A DNA stretch of 51,631 nt from a virus (Duplodnaviria; Caudoviricetes): positions 1-51,631 of the IMG/VR virus record IMGVR_UViG_3300030107_001538. One strand, given 5' to 3'. This document shows positions 1 to 9,324 of the stretch, piece by piece (within the stretch, counting starts at the first letter, position 1; each line of letters starts with the position of its first letter). A program made the translations under genes and the position numbers. The notes under the pieces were generated by a model that saw only the letters and a program-made list of their open reading frames with translations, was not told the DNA's origin and searched no databases.

Positions 1-6
1 AAAATA

Positions 7-771
7 ATGGCTAATACGTATTTGGAACTAACTAATGAAATTTTACAGGAGTTAAATGAATTAACTTTAACTTCTGTAAATTTTGCTAATGCACAAGGTT
101 TTCAAAAGTTCGTAAAGGATGCAATTAATAAATCTATTTATGATATTGCTAATGAAGAACCGCAACTACCTTTTTTTTCAGCAGGGGTAAGTGGTGGTAC
201 AGACCCATTTTATGGGAACGTTACTGTTGCTACAGTTGCTGGACAACGTTGGTATACTTTAAAATCAGATAGTAGCAGTATTATAACTGACTATGCTTCT
301 GTTGACTGGGATGATTTTTACATTACCACAATTAATGTTAGTGGTGAATCTAGTCCATTTGTTTCAAAAGGATTAAGATTATTAAATCATGCTGATTGGC
401 GAAGGTATTATCGTGATAGTGAAAATACGGATGATGCAAACTCTATTAATGGTGAGCCTAATTTTGTTATTAAGTCACCAGATAACAGGAAGTTTGGTTT
501 AAGTCCAATACCAGATAAGGTCTATAATGTGCATTTTTATGCGTTTAATAGACCTACAGCATTAAGTGCTCATAGTGATGAAATAGTATTCCCAGAGCAA
601 TACAGCAATGTAATTACTGCAAGAGTACGTTACTATGTTTGGCAGTTTAAAGAAAGTCCACAACAAGCATCTTTTGCTTTAGATGATTACAAAAAAGGTT
701 TGAAGTATATGAAATCAAATCTTATGAATCCAACACCAAGACGAATGACAGATGACCGTACGTATTTTTAG
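7..771 (+). CDS. Putative head-tail adaptor / tail tubular protein A
   Basis: 254 aa; N-term TYLELTNEIL helix typical of podovirus adaptors; lies upstream of tail genes and follows the capsid block in circular order. Confidence 0.6.
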   Translation: MANTYLELTNEILQELNELTLTSVNFANAQGFQKFVKDAINKSIYDIANEEPQLPFFSAGVSGGTDPFYGNVTVATVAGQRWYTLKSDSSSIITDYASVDWDDFYITTINVSGESSPFVSKGLRLLNHADWRRYYRDSENTDDANSINGEPNFVIKSPDNRKFGLSPIPDKVYNVHFYAFNRPTALSAHSDEIVFPEQYSNVITARVRYYVWQFKESPQQASFALDDYKKGLKYMKSNLMNPTPRRMTDDRTYF

Positions 772-780
772 GAGATTAAT

Positions 781-1812
781 ATGGCACTAACAAAAATTTC
801 AAGAAGTTTATTAGACACAGGAGTTTCTGATAGCTCTGATGCGACTGCTATAACTATTGATAGTTCTGAGAATGTTGGAATTGGAACTGCAAGTCCTGCA
901 AGAAATTTACATGTTCATAAAGCATCAAGTGGAGCTACTTCAACTTCAAATAGTGTTTTAGTTGTAGAAGATGATGATAATACTGAATTAAGTATTTTGG
1001 GTGGTAGTTCATCTCTACTAGCAATTAATTTTGGACATAGTGGTGATGCTGATGATGCCATTATTTCCTACGACACTACTTCTGGTAGCGAGAATATGGC
1101 ATTTACTGTAAACGCAGCAGAAAGAATGAGAATTGATTCTGCTGGTAATGTTGGGATTGGAACTTCAAATCCTGATTCTCATGTAACCATAGATGGTGGT
1201 TCTGATGTAAGAGCAGAACTCAATTTAAGGTCACAAAGTGTAGGTACTACATACAATGGAGGAACATTAAGATTTAAAGGCTATCATGCTAACCCTTCTG
1301 ATGGTTCAAGAATATGGTTTGAAATCCGGGGACTAAAAGAAAATAACGTTGGTGGCGATACAAAAGGTCGTATTGAAATGTATATCAATCCCGGAAATAA
1401 CAGTATGACCGAAGTTATGAAGATTGAATCTAATGGAGATATGTACACAAATGATGGAACAGTACATTCATTAGCTTCTGATAGTCGTGTCAAATCTGAT
1501 GTTGCAGATTTAACTGATGGATTAACCATCCTGAATCAACTAAGACCAGTCACTTACAAATACAATACTAAATCAGAATTTTATAATCCTATAGACGAAA
1601 CAACTACAAGGTATGGTTTTATAGCAGATGAAGTCAAAACTGTAGCACCTCAATATATAAAAGAAGGAAAGGGTAAAGTAGATGGTGTAGAAGTTGATGA
1701 CTTCAAAACTCTTTCACAGACAAAGATGATACCAATGTTAGTTAAAGCAATACAAGAATTAAAAGAAGAAAACGATAGTCTGAAATCAAGAATAGAAACT
1801 TTAGAGGGATAA
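781..1812 (+). CDS. Tail fibre / receptor-binding protein with C-terminal intramolecular chaperone (peptidase S74-like)
   Basis: GNVGIGT and ERMRID repeats; SDSRVK cleavage motif, LRPVTY, YGFIADEV, C-terminal coiled coil; RBS AGGAG. Confidence 0.8.
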   Translation: MALTKISRSLLDTGVSDSSDATAITIDSSENVGIGTASPARNLHVHKASSGATSTSNSVLVVEDDDNTELSILGGSSSLLAINFGHSGDADDAIISYDTTSGSENMAFTVNAAERMRIDSAGNVGIGTSNPDSHVTIDGGSDVRAELNLRSQSVGTTYNGGTLRFKGYHANPSDGSRIWFEIRGLKENNVGGDTKGRIEMYINPGNNSMTEVMKIESNGDMYTNDGTVHSLASDSRVKSDVADLTDGLTILNQLRPVTYKYNTKSEFYNPIDETTTRYGFIADEVKTVAPQYIKEGKGKVDGVEVDDFKTLSQTKMIPMLVKAIQELKEENDSLKSRIETLEG

Positions 1813-1905
1813 AGATATGACAACAAAGATACCAGTAGAACTCTCAAGCACTCCGGGAATATCTGATAGCTCTAATGCTACTGCTATAACTATTGATAGT
1901 TCTGA
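826..1905 (+). repeat. 44-nt near-identical direct repeat (826-869 and 1862-1905) in the 5' ends of the two short fibre genes
   Basis: tctgatagctct(g/a)atgc(g/t)actgctataactattgatagttctga, 2 mismatches; encodes SDSS[D/N]ATAITIDSS. Confidence 0.9.
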
Positions 1906-3022
1906 AAGAATTAGTATCGGTACATCTGGAGGAATATCATATGCTCATGCAAATGCAGATAATTTTGTAATTTATCAAGATGATGATGAAGCAGGAATGA
2001 CTATTGCATCTGCTACAGACCATTCCGGTAATATTTGGTTTTCTGATGGAACATCTGGTGCAGCACAATATGCAGGGTGGATGATATACAGTCATTCTGA
2101 GAACAGACTTAGTTTTGGTTCTAATGGTTCTGAAAGAATGCGTCTTGATTCTTCTGGAAACGTAGGCATAGGAACTTCAAGTCCTGCTACACAATTACAT
2201 GTAGCAAACACGGCTGGTATTGAATTAAGATTAGATGCTGATACAAACAATAGTGGTCAAGAAGATTGTTTTATTAAATTTCAAACTGATGGCGGTACTC
2301 AAGTTGGTATTGCAGGTATGGACAACAATAACAGCAGCACCTTATTTAGTGGCAACACCGAAAATGCAATGGTCTTTGGAACAGTCAGTAATCTTCCAAC
2401 TCTCTTTGCTACCAACAACACAGAAAGACTCAAAATTGATGCAGATGGAGCTCAATTTCAATTTATAAGTGGAACAGGTGCAGCTCAACTTACATTAAAA
2501 GATAGTGGTGGCAATGTAGATGGTTATGTTTATGCAGAAAATAGTGCTGTTGGTTTCTTAGATGCAGATGGGCATTTTGCTTTTAAAGCTGATACCGATA
2601 CAGATACTAGAATGTTTATTAATAATAGTACAAAGTTTATTTTAAATAGCTCTGGAAATCTAAGTATTACAGGAACACTTACAGAAAACTATTCCGATGA
2701 TAGATTAAAAGAAAATAAAGTTAATTTAACAGATGCATTAAATAAAGTGCAACAATTAAATGGATTTACATATAATCCAAATGAAGCAGCACAAGCTTTA
2801 GGTTTTTCAAATGAAACACAAGTTGGAGTTTCAGCACAGGAAGTAGAAGCAGTTTTACCAGAAGCAGTATGTTTAGCAGATGCAGTCAACGCTGACCATG
2901 AAACTGATTATAAAACAGTGCAATATGTAAAATTAGTACCATTATTAATAGAAGCAATAAAAGAACAACAAGAACAGATTGAAGCCTTACAATCTGAAAT
3001 TAACACTCTAAAAGGAGGATAA
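1817..3022 (+). CDS. Tail fibre / receptor-binding protein with S74-like chaperone
   Basis: ERMRLDSSGNVGIGT; YSDDRLKEN, GVSAQEVEAVLPEAV, LVPLLIEAIKE. Confidence 0.8.
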   Translation: MTTKIPVELSSTPGISDSSNATAITIDSSERISIGTSGGISYAHANADNFVIYQDDDEAGMTIASATDHSGNIWFSDGTSGAAQYAGWMIYSHSENRLSFGSNGSERMRLDSSGNVGIGTSSPATQLHVANTAGIELRLDADTNNSGQEDCFIKFQTDGGTQVGIAGMDNNNSSTLFSGNTENAMVFGTVSNLPTLFATNNTERLKIDADGAQFQFISGTGAAQLTLKDSGGNVDGYVYAENSAVGFLDADGHFAFKADTDTDTRMFINNSTKFILNSSGNLSITGTLTENYSDDRLKENKVNLTDALNKVQQLNGFTYNPNEAAQALGFSNETQVGVSAQEVEAVLPEAVCLADAVNADHETDYKTVQYVKLVPLLIEAIKEQQEQIEALQSEINTLKGG

Positions 3023-3023
3023 A

Positions 3024-3377
3024 ATGGCAATATCATATGAATGGGATGTAAGCACCGTTGACACTTACCCTACAAAGGATTCTAAGTCTGATGTAGTGTG
3101 GAACGTGCATTGGCGACTGAAAGCGACTGACGACACCAACAAAGAAACTATTGATGGAGTAGAAGTTAATATCACATCAGATGTTTACGGCAGTCAAGTG
3201 TTAGACACTTCAGACTTATCAAGCTTTACAGAATTTGCAGACTTAACTGCAAGTGATGTACAAGGTTGGGTTGAAGCAGCTTTAGGAGCTGATGAAGTTC
3301 AATCTAAAAAAGATGGTCTAGATGCTATAATAGCTGAAAAAGTTACACCAACATCTGTCCAAAAACTTATAGCTTAA
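3024..3377 (+). CDS. Small acidic phage protein, probable tail-fibre-associated
   Basis: 117 aa, DVVWNVHW motif, directly follows a fibre gene. Confidence 0.45.
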   Translation: MAISYEWDVSTVDTYPTKDSKSDVVWNVHWRLKATDDTNKETIDGVEVNITSDVYGSQVLDTSDLSSFTEFADLTASDVQGWVEAALGADEVQSKKDGLDAIIAEKVTPTSVQKLIA

Positions 3378-3378
3378 T

Positions 3379-4989
3379 ATGGCTAGAAGTCAACCTTATA
3401 CCGTAGCAGTTAACGGAGGGTTAGTTAAGTCTTCAAATGTAATAGACTTACTTAAAACTCCGGGAGTTGCCAAGGATTTACGAAACTTTGAAGTTTCTAT
3501 TGAGGGAGGCTATAGACGTATTAATGGGTATCAAAAATTTGGTACAACAAGTGCAGTACAACCAACTGGTAGTACAACTAATATTTTAGGCACTATACCT
3601 TATGCAGATGGAGTTGTTGCTTGTGCAGGTACAAGTATTTACTTTAGTCAAACTGGTACATCTTGGACCGAAATAAACAGAAGCAGTGTTGCTAGTAGTG
3701 GGGATAATCATACCGCTTTTACAGGTCGTAGTGTTTTAACAAGAACTAGCCAAGGACAAAATAGTTTTGCTTTATTTGAAAGTGCTACTTCTAATTATGG
3801 TACATTAATTATTGCCGATGGAGTAAATAAACCTTACTTTTTTAGAATGGAAGGTACAGGTGCTAATATAAATACTAGAACATTTTTTGGTGGGGAAATA
3901 ACAGTTACTGGTACTAAAGGGGTAAAACATGTAACTGTTCATGATAAACATTTAATAGCTGCTGGAGTTGAAGATAATTTAAATACAATTTTTTATAGTG
4001 GTACTTTAGACCCAACAGATTTTACTAGCACTGGTTCAGGTTCAATAGTTTTAGAAGACCAGATAGAAGGTATTAAAAGTTTCCGTAATGAGTTATTTAT
4101 ATTTTGTACAAACAGTATATTTAAATTAATAAATATAAATGATTCAAGTAATATTGCAATTGTACCGGTTACTAAAAACGTAGGTTGTTTAAGTGGCTAC
4201 AGTATTCAAGAGATTGGTGGTGACTTAATATTTTTAGCCCCGGATGGATTAAGAACAGTAGCTGGTACAGCAAGAATTGGTGATGTTGAGTTAGGAACTA
4301 TTAGTCAAGCTATTCAACCAATTGTAACTTCTTTAGCTGAATCAATAGATAGTTTTGTTGTTTCAAGTGTTGTACTTAGAGAAAAATCACAATACCGATT
4401 ATTTTATACAAATACTGGAGCATCTAATTCAGCACAACGAGGCATTATAGGCACGTTAAGACCCGATGGTTTTCAATGGTCTGAAACAAGAGGCTTAGAA
4501 GTTACTGGTATTGGTTCAGGTTTTGATAATAATAATATTGAACAATACTATCATGGCGATACAAATGGTTTTGTTTATCAACATGACATAGGAAATAGTT
4601 TTGATGGCACTGATATTTTAGCAAGATTTGAAACACCTAATTATGATTATGGAGATTTAGGTACATTAAAAACTTTACACTATATAAGAGTTTCAGCAAG
4701 TTCAGAAGGTATTGTTGAACCGGATGTTCAAGTTCGATTTGATTATGGAAATACAGAAGTTCCACAGCCGGGAAGTTTATTTGATATTGGAATAATAAAT
4801 CCACCTTCAAAATTTGGAGATGCAGTTTTTAATACAAACGTATTTGGTGGAGGCGATAACCCACTAATTAGAGTTCCTTTACAAGGTAGCGGAACAAGTA
4901 ACAATTTTACTTTTTTAAGTGAAGACAGTAAAGCACCATATACTATAAATGGTTTTTATGTAGATTTTATACCTTCAGGTAGGAGATAA
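3379..4989 (+). CDS. Tail nozzle / tubular protein B (P22 gp10 / T7 gp12-like)
   Basis: 536 aa, beta-rich; GGL..S, NFEV..EGGYRRING and GCLS..SIQEIGGDLIFLAPDG patterns; position in tail block. Confidence 0.65.
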   Translation: MARSQPYTVAVNGGLVKSSNVIDLLKTPGVAKDLRNFEVSIEGGYRRINGYQKFGTTSAVQPTGSTTNILGTIPYADGVVACAGTSIYFSQTGTSWTEINRSSVASSGDNHTAFTGRSVLTRTSQGQNSFALFESATSNYGTLIIADGVNKPYFFRMEGTGANINTRTFFGGEITVTGTKGVKHVTVHDKHLIAAGVEDNLNTIFYSGTLDPTDFTSTGSGSIVLEDQIEGIKSFRNELFIFCTNSIFKLININDSSNIAIVPVTKNVGCLSGYSIQEIGGDLIFLAPDGLRTVAGTARIGDVELGTISQAIQPIVTSLAESIDSFVVSSVVLREKSQYRLFYTNTGASNSAQRGIIGTLRPDGFQWSETRGLEVTGIGSGFDNNNIEQYYHGDTNGFVYQHDIGNSFDGTDILARFETPNYDYGDLGTLKTLHYIRVSASSEGIVEPDVQVRFDYGNTEVPQPGSLFDIGIINPPSKFGDAVFNTNVFGGGDNPLIRVPLQGSGTSNNFTFLSEDSKAPYTINGFYVDFIPSGRR

Positions 4990-4992
4990 TAA

Positions 4993-7900
4993 ATGGCACA
5001 AACATATACAAGACAAAGTTCTTTTATTGATGGTGATACTATCACCGCAGCATTATTTAATGATGAATACAATCAGTTAGTAAATGCATTTGCATATTCA
5101 TCTACAAGTGCTGCTAATACTGGACACAGACACGATGGTACTGCTGGGCAAGGTGGTAATATTCCACAAATTGGTGATTTAGATTTTTTAAACAAGATAG
5201 TTGTTGATAGTACAAACAATAGATGGGGATTTTATGTAGAAGTTTCTTCTGCAGCAGTAGAACAAATAAGAATACAAGATGGAGCTATTGTTCCTGTTAC
5301 AGACAACGATATAGATTTAGGAACAAGCTCATTAGAATTTAAAGATGCATTTTTTGATGGCACTTTAACTACAGATGCCTTAGTAGCTGATACTGCAGAC
5401 ATTAATGGTGGTACAGTTGATGGTGCAACTATCGGAGCTAACTCAGCTTCTACAGGTGCATTTACTTCTGTAACTACTACAGGTAATGTCGATGTTGGAG
5501 GTAATTTAACAGTCACAGGTACTACTACATTTAATGGTGGTACATTAACATTAGGTGATGCAGCAGACGATAATGTAGTTTTTGGTGCAGATGTCAACTC
5601 AAATATTATTCCTAATACAGACAATACATACGACTTAGGAAGTTCTTCTCAAGAGTGGAAAGATTTATACGTTGATGGTATAGCTTACCTAGATGGTATT
5701 AACTTTAATGGTACAGCAATTACATCAACTGCTGCTGAGTTAAATATTTTAGATGGTGTCACATCGACTACAGCCGAACTTAATATATTAGATGGAGTAA
5801 CTTCTACAACTGCAGAGCTTAATATTCTTGATGGCGTTACTTCAACTGCTGCTGAATTAAATATTCTAGATGGTGTTACAGCTACAGCAACTGAAATAAA
5901 TATTCTTGACGGAGTTACATCAAGCACGGCAGAATTAAATATTCTAGATGGAGTTACTGCTACAGCAACTGAAATAAATTTACTTGATGGTGTAACATCT
6001 ACAACTGCTGAATTAAATATTCTGGATGGTGTTACTAGTACTGCTACAGAATTAAATTTACTTGATGGTGTTACTGCAACTACAACTGAATTAAACTACG
6101 TTGATGTAGCTACAGCAGGAACTGTAGAAGCTTCTAAAGCTATTGTAGTAGATAGTAACAAAGACTTTACTGGTGCAAGAAACATTACTATTACAGGTGA
6201 ACTTGATGCTGCTACTTTAGATGTATCAGGCGATGTAGATATTGATGGTACATTAGAAGCCGATGCTATTACTGTAAATGGTACAACTTTAGCAGAAACT
6301 ATTTCTGATACTGTTGGAGCTATGGTAACTTCTAATACAGAAACAGGAGTTACAGTTACTTATGATGACAGTGATAATACACTAGACTTTGTAATTGGCA
6401 CACTTAATCAAGATACTACTGGTACAGCAGCACTAGCTACTCAAGTTACTATATCTGCTAACAATAGCACAGATGAAACTATATTTCCTGTATTCGTTGA
6501 CGGAGCTACTGGAAGTCAAGGTTTAGAAACAGACACAGGATTTACTTATAATCCATCTACCGGTTTATTAACTGCTACTGGATTTTCAGGAAACTTAACA
6601 GGTACACTACAAACTGCAGCACAAACTAATGTTACAAGTTTAGGAACATTATCAGCGTTAACTATTTCAGGTAATTTAATAGTAGATACATCTACTCTTA
6701 AAGTAGATAGTTCTAGTAATAGAGTTGGGATTGGAACTGCATCACCAAGTTCATTACTTACAGTAGAAGGAGATATACGACAAACCTCTGGTGATTTACT
6801 ATATGCTGGTGGTGGTAACTGGGATATTAAACATTTAGCTGATGACCAAAGCATAGTTTTTTATACGTCAGAAAGTGGTTCAGCAACAGAGAAAATGCGT
6901 ATCAAGGCAAATGGTGCGATTGGCATTGGCACTAGCTCACCTTCTGCAAGTCATAAACTTACTGTAGGTGGAGATACTAAGTTTACTGGTCAGCTATCCA
7001 TACTTGATAATCAATTAATTAAAATGGGAGATGGTGAGGATTTTGCTCTTTACCATGACACTACTGTTGGTAATGTAATAAAAAGTGCCACTTCTGATAT
7101 GGATATTTCAATACTCGGAAATGATGGTGGCTCTACGATTACAGCTCTTAAATTTGATATGTCTGCTGCAGGTCGTGCAGTATTTAATGCAGGAGCTAAT
7201 TTTTCTGACCATGTAAATTTTGATGACAATGCTAAAGCAGTGTTTGGTGGTGGAGATGATTTACAGATTTATCACAATGGAACTAATTCTTATATTGCTG
7301 ATGCCGGAACTGGTGATTTAAGAATATTAGCTACAGACTTTAGACTTTTAAACGCTGCAGAAGATGCAAATTTAATTAGAGCATTTAATGGTGCAGAGGT
7401 TGAGTTATATCATAATGGAACAGAAAGACTAGCTACCACTTCAAGCGGTGCAACTGTTACAGGTACTTTAGTATCTGATGGCTTAACAGTAGATACATCT
7501 ACTTTAGTTGTAGATGCTACTAATAATAGAGTAGGTATTGGTAATGCTTCTCCAGATGTAAGTTTAGATATAGGAAGCCTTACAGATGCTATTCATGTAC
7601 CAGTAGGTACTACAGCTCAAAGACCTACTGGAGCTGCAGGTTACTTTAGATATAATTCAGAAACCGGTAAATTTGAAGGTTTTACAAATGAATGGGGTGC
7701 TATAGCTGGTGGTGGTTCAGGTACAAACATGGATACCAACATCTTTGCAGGTGATGGTAGTGATACAACCTTTACACTAAGCACAGCACCAGATAGTGAA
7801 AATAACTTAATGGTATTTATTGATGGTGTATTTCAAGCTCAAAATGTTTACTCAGTATCAGGAACTACACTAACTTTTGCAACTGCTCCGGCTAATGGTA

Positions 7901-9075
7901 GAGTTATAACAGTCTATCACAGCACAACAACTGTTGGTGGTTCTAATAACTCAATAGCTACAATGACTGGTGATGGTAGTGATACAACACTAACATTATC
8001 TACTGCACCAGTACATGAGAACAACGTATCAGTATTCTTTGATGGTGTTTATCAAAGCAAATCAAACTACAGTATATCTGGTACAACTCTTACATTCTCT
8101 ACAGCACCTCCAAGTGGTGTAGCTGTAGAAGCTATTACTGCAACTAATACAAGTATTACAACTGCTACTCAGCTTTCTGATGCAGATGGCGATACACTCA
8201 TACAGACTGAAGAAAGCTCTGACGAAGATAAAATACGTTTTGATACTGGTGGTACTGAACGTATGATTATTGATGACTCTGGAAATGTAGGTATAGGAGA
8301 AACTTCACCTTTAGCTACCCTTCACATCAAACAAGGAGATAGTGGATTAAGCTCACTTAATGCAGCAGCACATCATTTATTTTTAGAAGATACTGGTGCT
8401 AATGGACCGGGAATTACTTTAGCATCTGGAACAACTTCTAACTGTAGTTTGGTTTTTGGTGATTCTGATTCTAATTATCAAGGCTTTATCCTTTATGATA
8501 ATTCAGCAGATGCCATGAAGTTTGGAACAAATGGTGGTTCAGAAAGAATGCGAATTCTATCTGGTGGAAATGTTTTATTAAATCAAACAGCTACAGCAGA
8601 CTCAGGTGTTGCCGATGGAAGATTGGAAATAACCAGAGGTAGTCAACATTGCATTAACTGTCATGTTACTGGTACAGGTAATTCTACTTTAGTTGCTTTT
8701 ATAAATGATAATGGTTTTGTCGGTGGTATAAACACTAATGGCTCTGCTACTGCTTTTAACACATCATCAGACGCTAGATTAAAAAATGTTTTAGGAGAGG
8801 CTAAAGGTCTTGAAATTGTAAATGCTTTGAATCCTGTAAACTTTGAATGGAAAAGTGACGGTAAGATACAAGATGGACTCATAGCACAAGAGGTAGAAAA
8901 AGTGTTTCCTGAAGCTGTTTCAGAACCAGAATTAGAGGGAGAGTGGTATTCAGTGGATTATTCTAAACTGGTAACACCTCTAATAAAAGCTATGCAAGAA
9001 CAACAAGAACTAATAGAAACTCAACAAACCACTATTAATGATTTAAAAACTAGAATAGAAACATTAGAAAGTTAA
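4993..9075 (+). CDS. Long tail fibre with 13-aa repeats, a tandem ~65-aa duplicated domain and S74-like chaperone
   Basis: 1360 aa; N-terminal anchor, TAELNILDGV repeats, two GDGSDTTxTLSTAP domains, SDARLK..LNPVNFEWK..GLIAQEV. Confidence 0.8.
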   Translation: MAQTYTRQSSFIDGDTITAALFNDEYNQLVNAFAYSSTSAANTGHRHDGTAGQGGNIPQIGDLDFLNKIVVDSTNNRWGFYVEVSSAAVEQIRIQDGAIVPVTDNDIDLGTSSLEFKDAFFDGTLTTDALVADTADINGGTVDGATIGANSASTGAFTSVTTTGNVDVGGNLTVTGTTTFNGGTLTLGDAADDNVVFGADVNSNIIPNTDNTYDLGSSSQEWKDLYVDGIAYLDGINFNGTAITSTAAELNILDGVTSTTAELNILDGVTSTTAELNILDGVTSTAAELNILDGVTATATEINILDGVTSSTAELNILDGVTATATEINLLDGVTSTTAELNILDGVTSTATELNLLDGVTATTTELNYVDVATAGTVEASKAIVVDSNKDFTGARNITITGELDAATLDVSGDVDIDGTLEADAITVNGTTLAETISDTVGAMVTSNTETGVTVTYDDSDNTLDFVIGTLNQDTTGTAALATQVTISANNSTDETIFPVFVDGATGSQGLETDTGFTYNPSTGLLTATGFSGNLTGTLQTAAQTNVTSLGTLSALTISGNLIVDTSTLKVDSSSNRVGIGTASPSSLLTVEGDIRQTSGDLLYAGGGNWDIKHLADDQSIVFYTSESGSATEKMRIKANGAIGIGTSSPSASHKLTVGGDTKFTGQLSILDNQLIKMGDGEDFALYHDTTVGNVIKSATSDMDISILGNDGGSTITALKFDMSAAGRAVFNAGANFSDHVNFDDNAKAVFGGGDDLQIYHNGTNSYIADAGTGDLRILATDFRLLNAAEDANLIRAFNGAEVELYHNGTERLATTSSGATVTGTLVSDGLTVDTSTLVVDATNNRVGIGNASPDVSLDIGSLTDAIHVPVGTTAQRPTGAAGYFRYNSETGKFEGFTNEWGAIAGGGSGTNMDTNIFAGDGSDTTFTLSTAPDSENNLMVFIDGVFQAQNVYSVSGTTLTFATAPANGRVITVYHSTTTVGGSNNSIATMTGDGSDTTLTLSTAPVHENNVSVFFDGVYQSKSNYSISGTTLTFSTAPPSGVAVEAITATNTSITTATQLSDADGDTLIQTEESSDEDKIRFDTGGTERMIIDDSGNVGIGETSPLATLHIKQGDSGLSSLNAAAHHLFLEDTGANGPGITLASGTTSNCSLVFGDSDSNYQGFILYDNSADAMKFGTNGGSERMRILSGGNVLLNQTATADSGVADGRLEITRGSQHCINCHVTGTGNSTLVAFINDNGFVGGINTNGSATAFNTSSDARLKNVLGEAKGLEIVNALNPVNFEWKSDGKIQDGLIAQEVEKVFPEAVSEPELEGEWYSVDYSKLVTPLIKAMQEQQELIETQQTTINDLKTRIETLES
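5722..6108 (+). repeat. 39-nt (13-aa) coding tandem repeat, 9 full copies plus 1 degenerate
   Basis: Consensus TSTTAELNILDGV with synonymous codon variation between copies. Confidence 0.9.
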
Positions 9076-9076
9076 T

Positions 9077-9319
9077 ATGGAAATATCTACATATTTATTA
9101 TGGAATGCTTTTATAACTTTAATATTAGCTCCAATACTTTATAACATTAGACAGAACACTCAAGAAAATAAACGTATTGATATTTTATTAAATAAAACTA
9201 GGGAGGAAATTGCAAGGGAATATGTAACAAAAGCTGAGTTAAAAGATGACATGGATAATCTTATGGATAGGCTTGAAAAGTTAGACGAAAAACTTGACAG
9301 ACTTATAGAAAATAGGTAA
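9077..9319 (+). CDS. Small membrane protein (N-terminal TM plus coiled coil)
   Basis: YLLWNAFITLILAPILY hydrophobic segment; LDEKLDRL heptads. Confidence 0.55.
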   Translation: MEISTYLLWNAFITLILAPILYNIRQNTQENKRIDILLNKTREEIAREYVTKAELKDDMDNLMDRLEKLDEKLDRLIENR

Positions 9320-9324
9320 ACTAT

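Noticed and set aside
5722-6108. 39-nt periodic repeat as a possible CRISPR array
   Set aside because: In-frame coding repeat with synonymous variation, no unique spacers and no cas genes.
781-9075. Diversity-generating retroelement acting on the tail fibres
   Set aside because: No reverse transcriptase and no template/variable repeat pair with adenine-specific differences seen.
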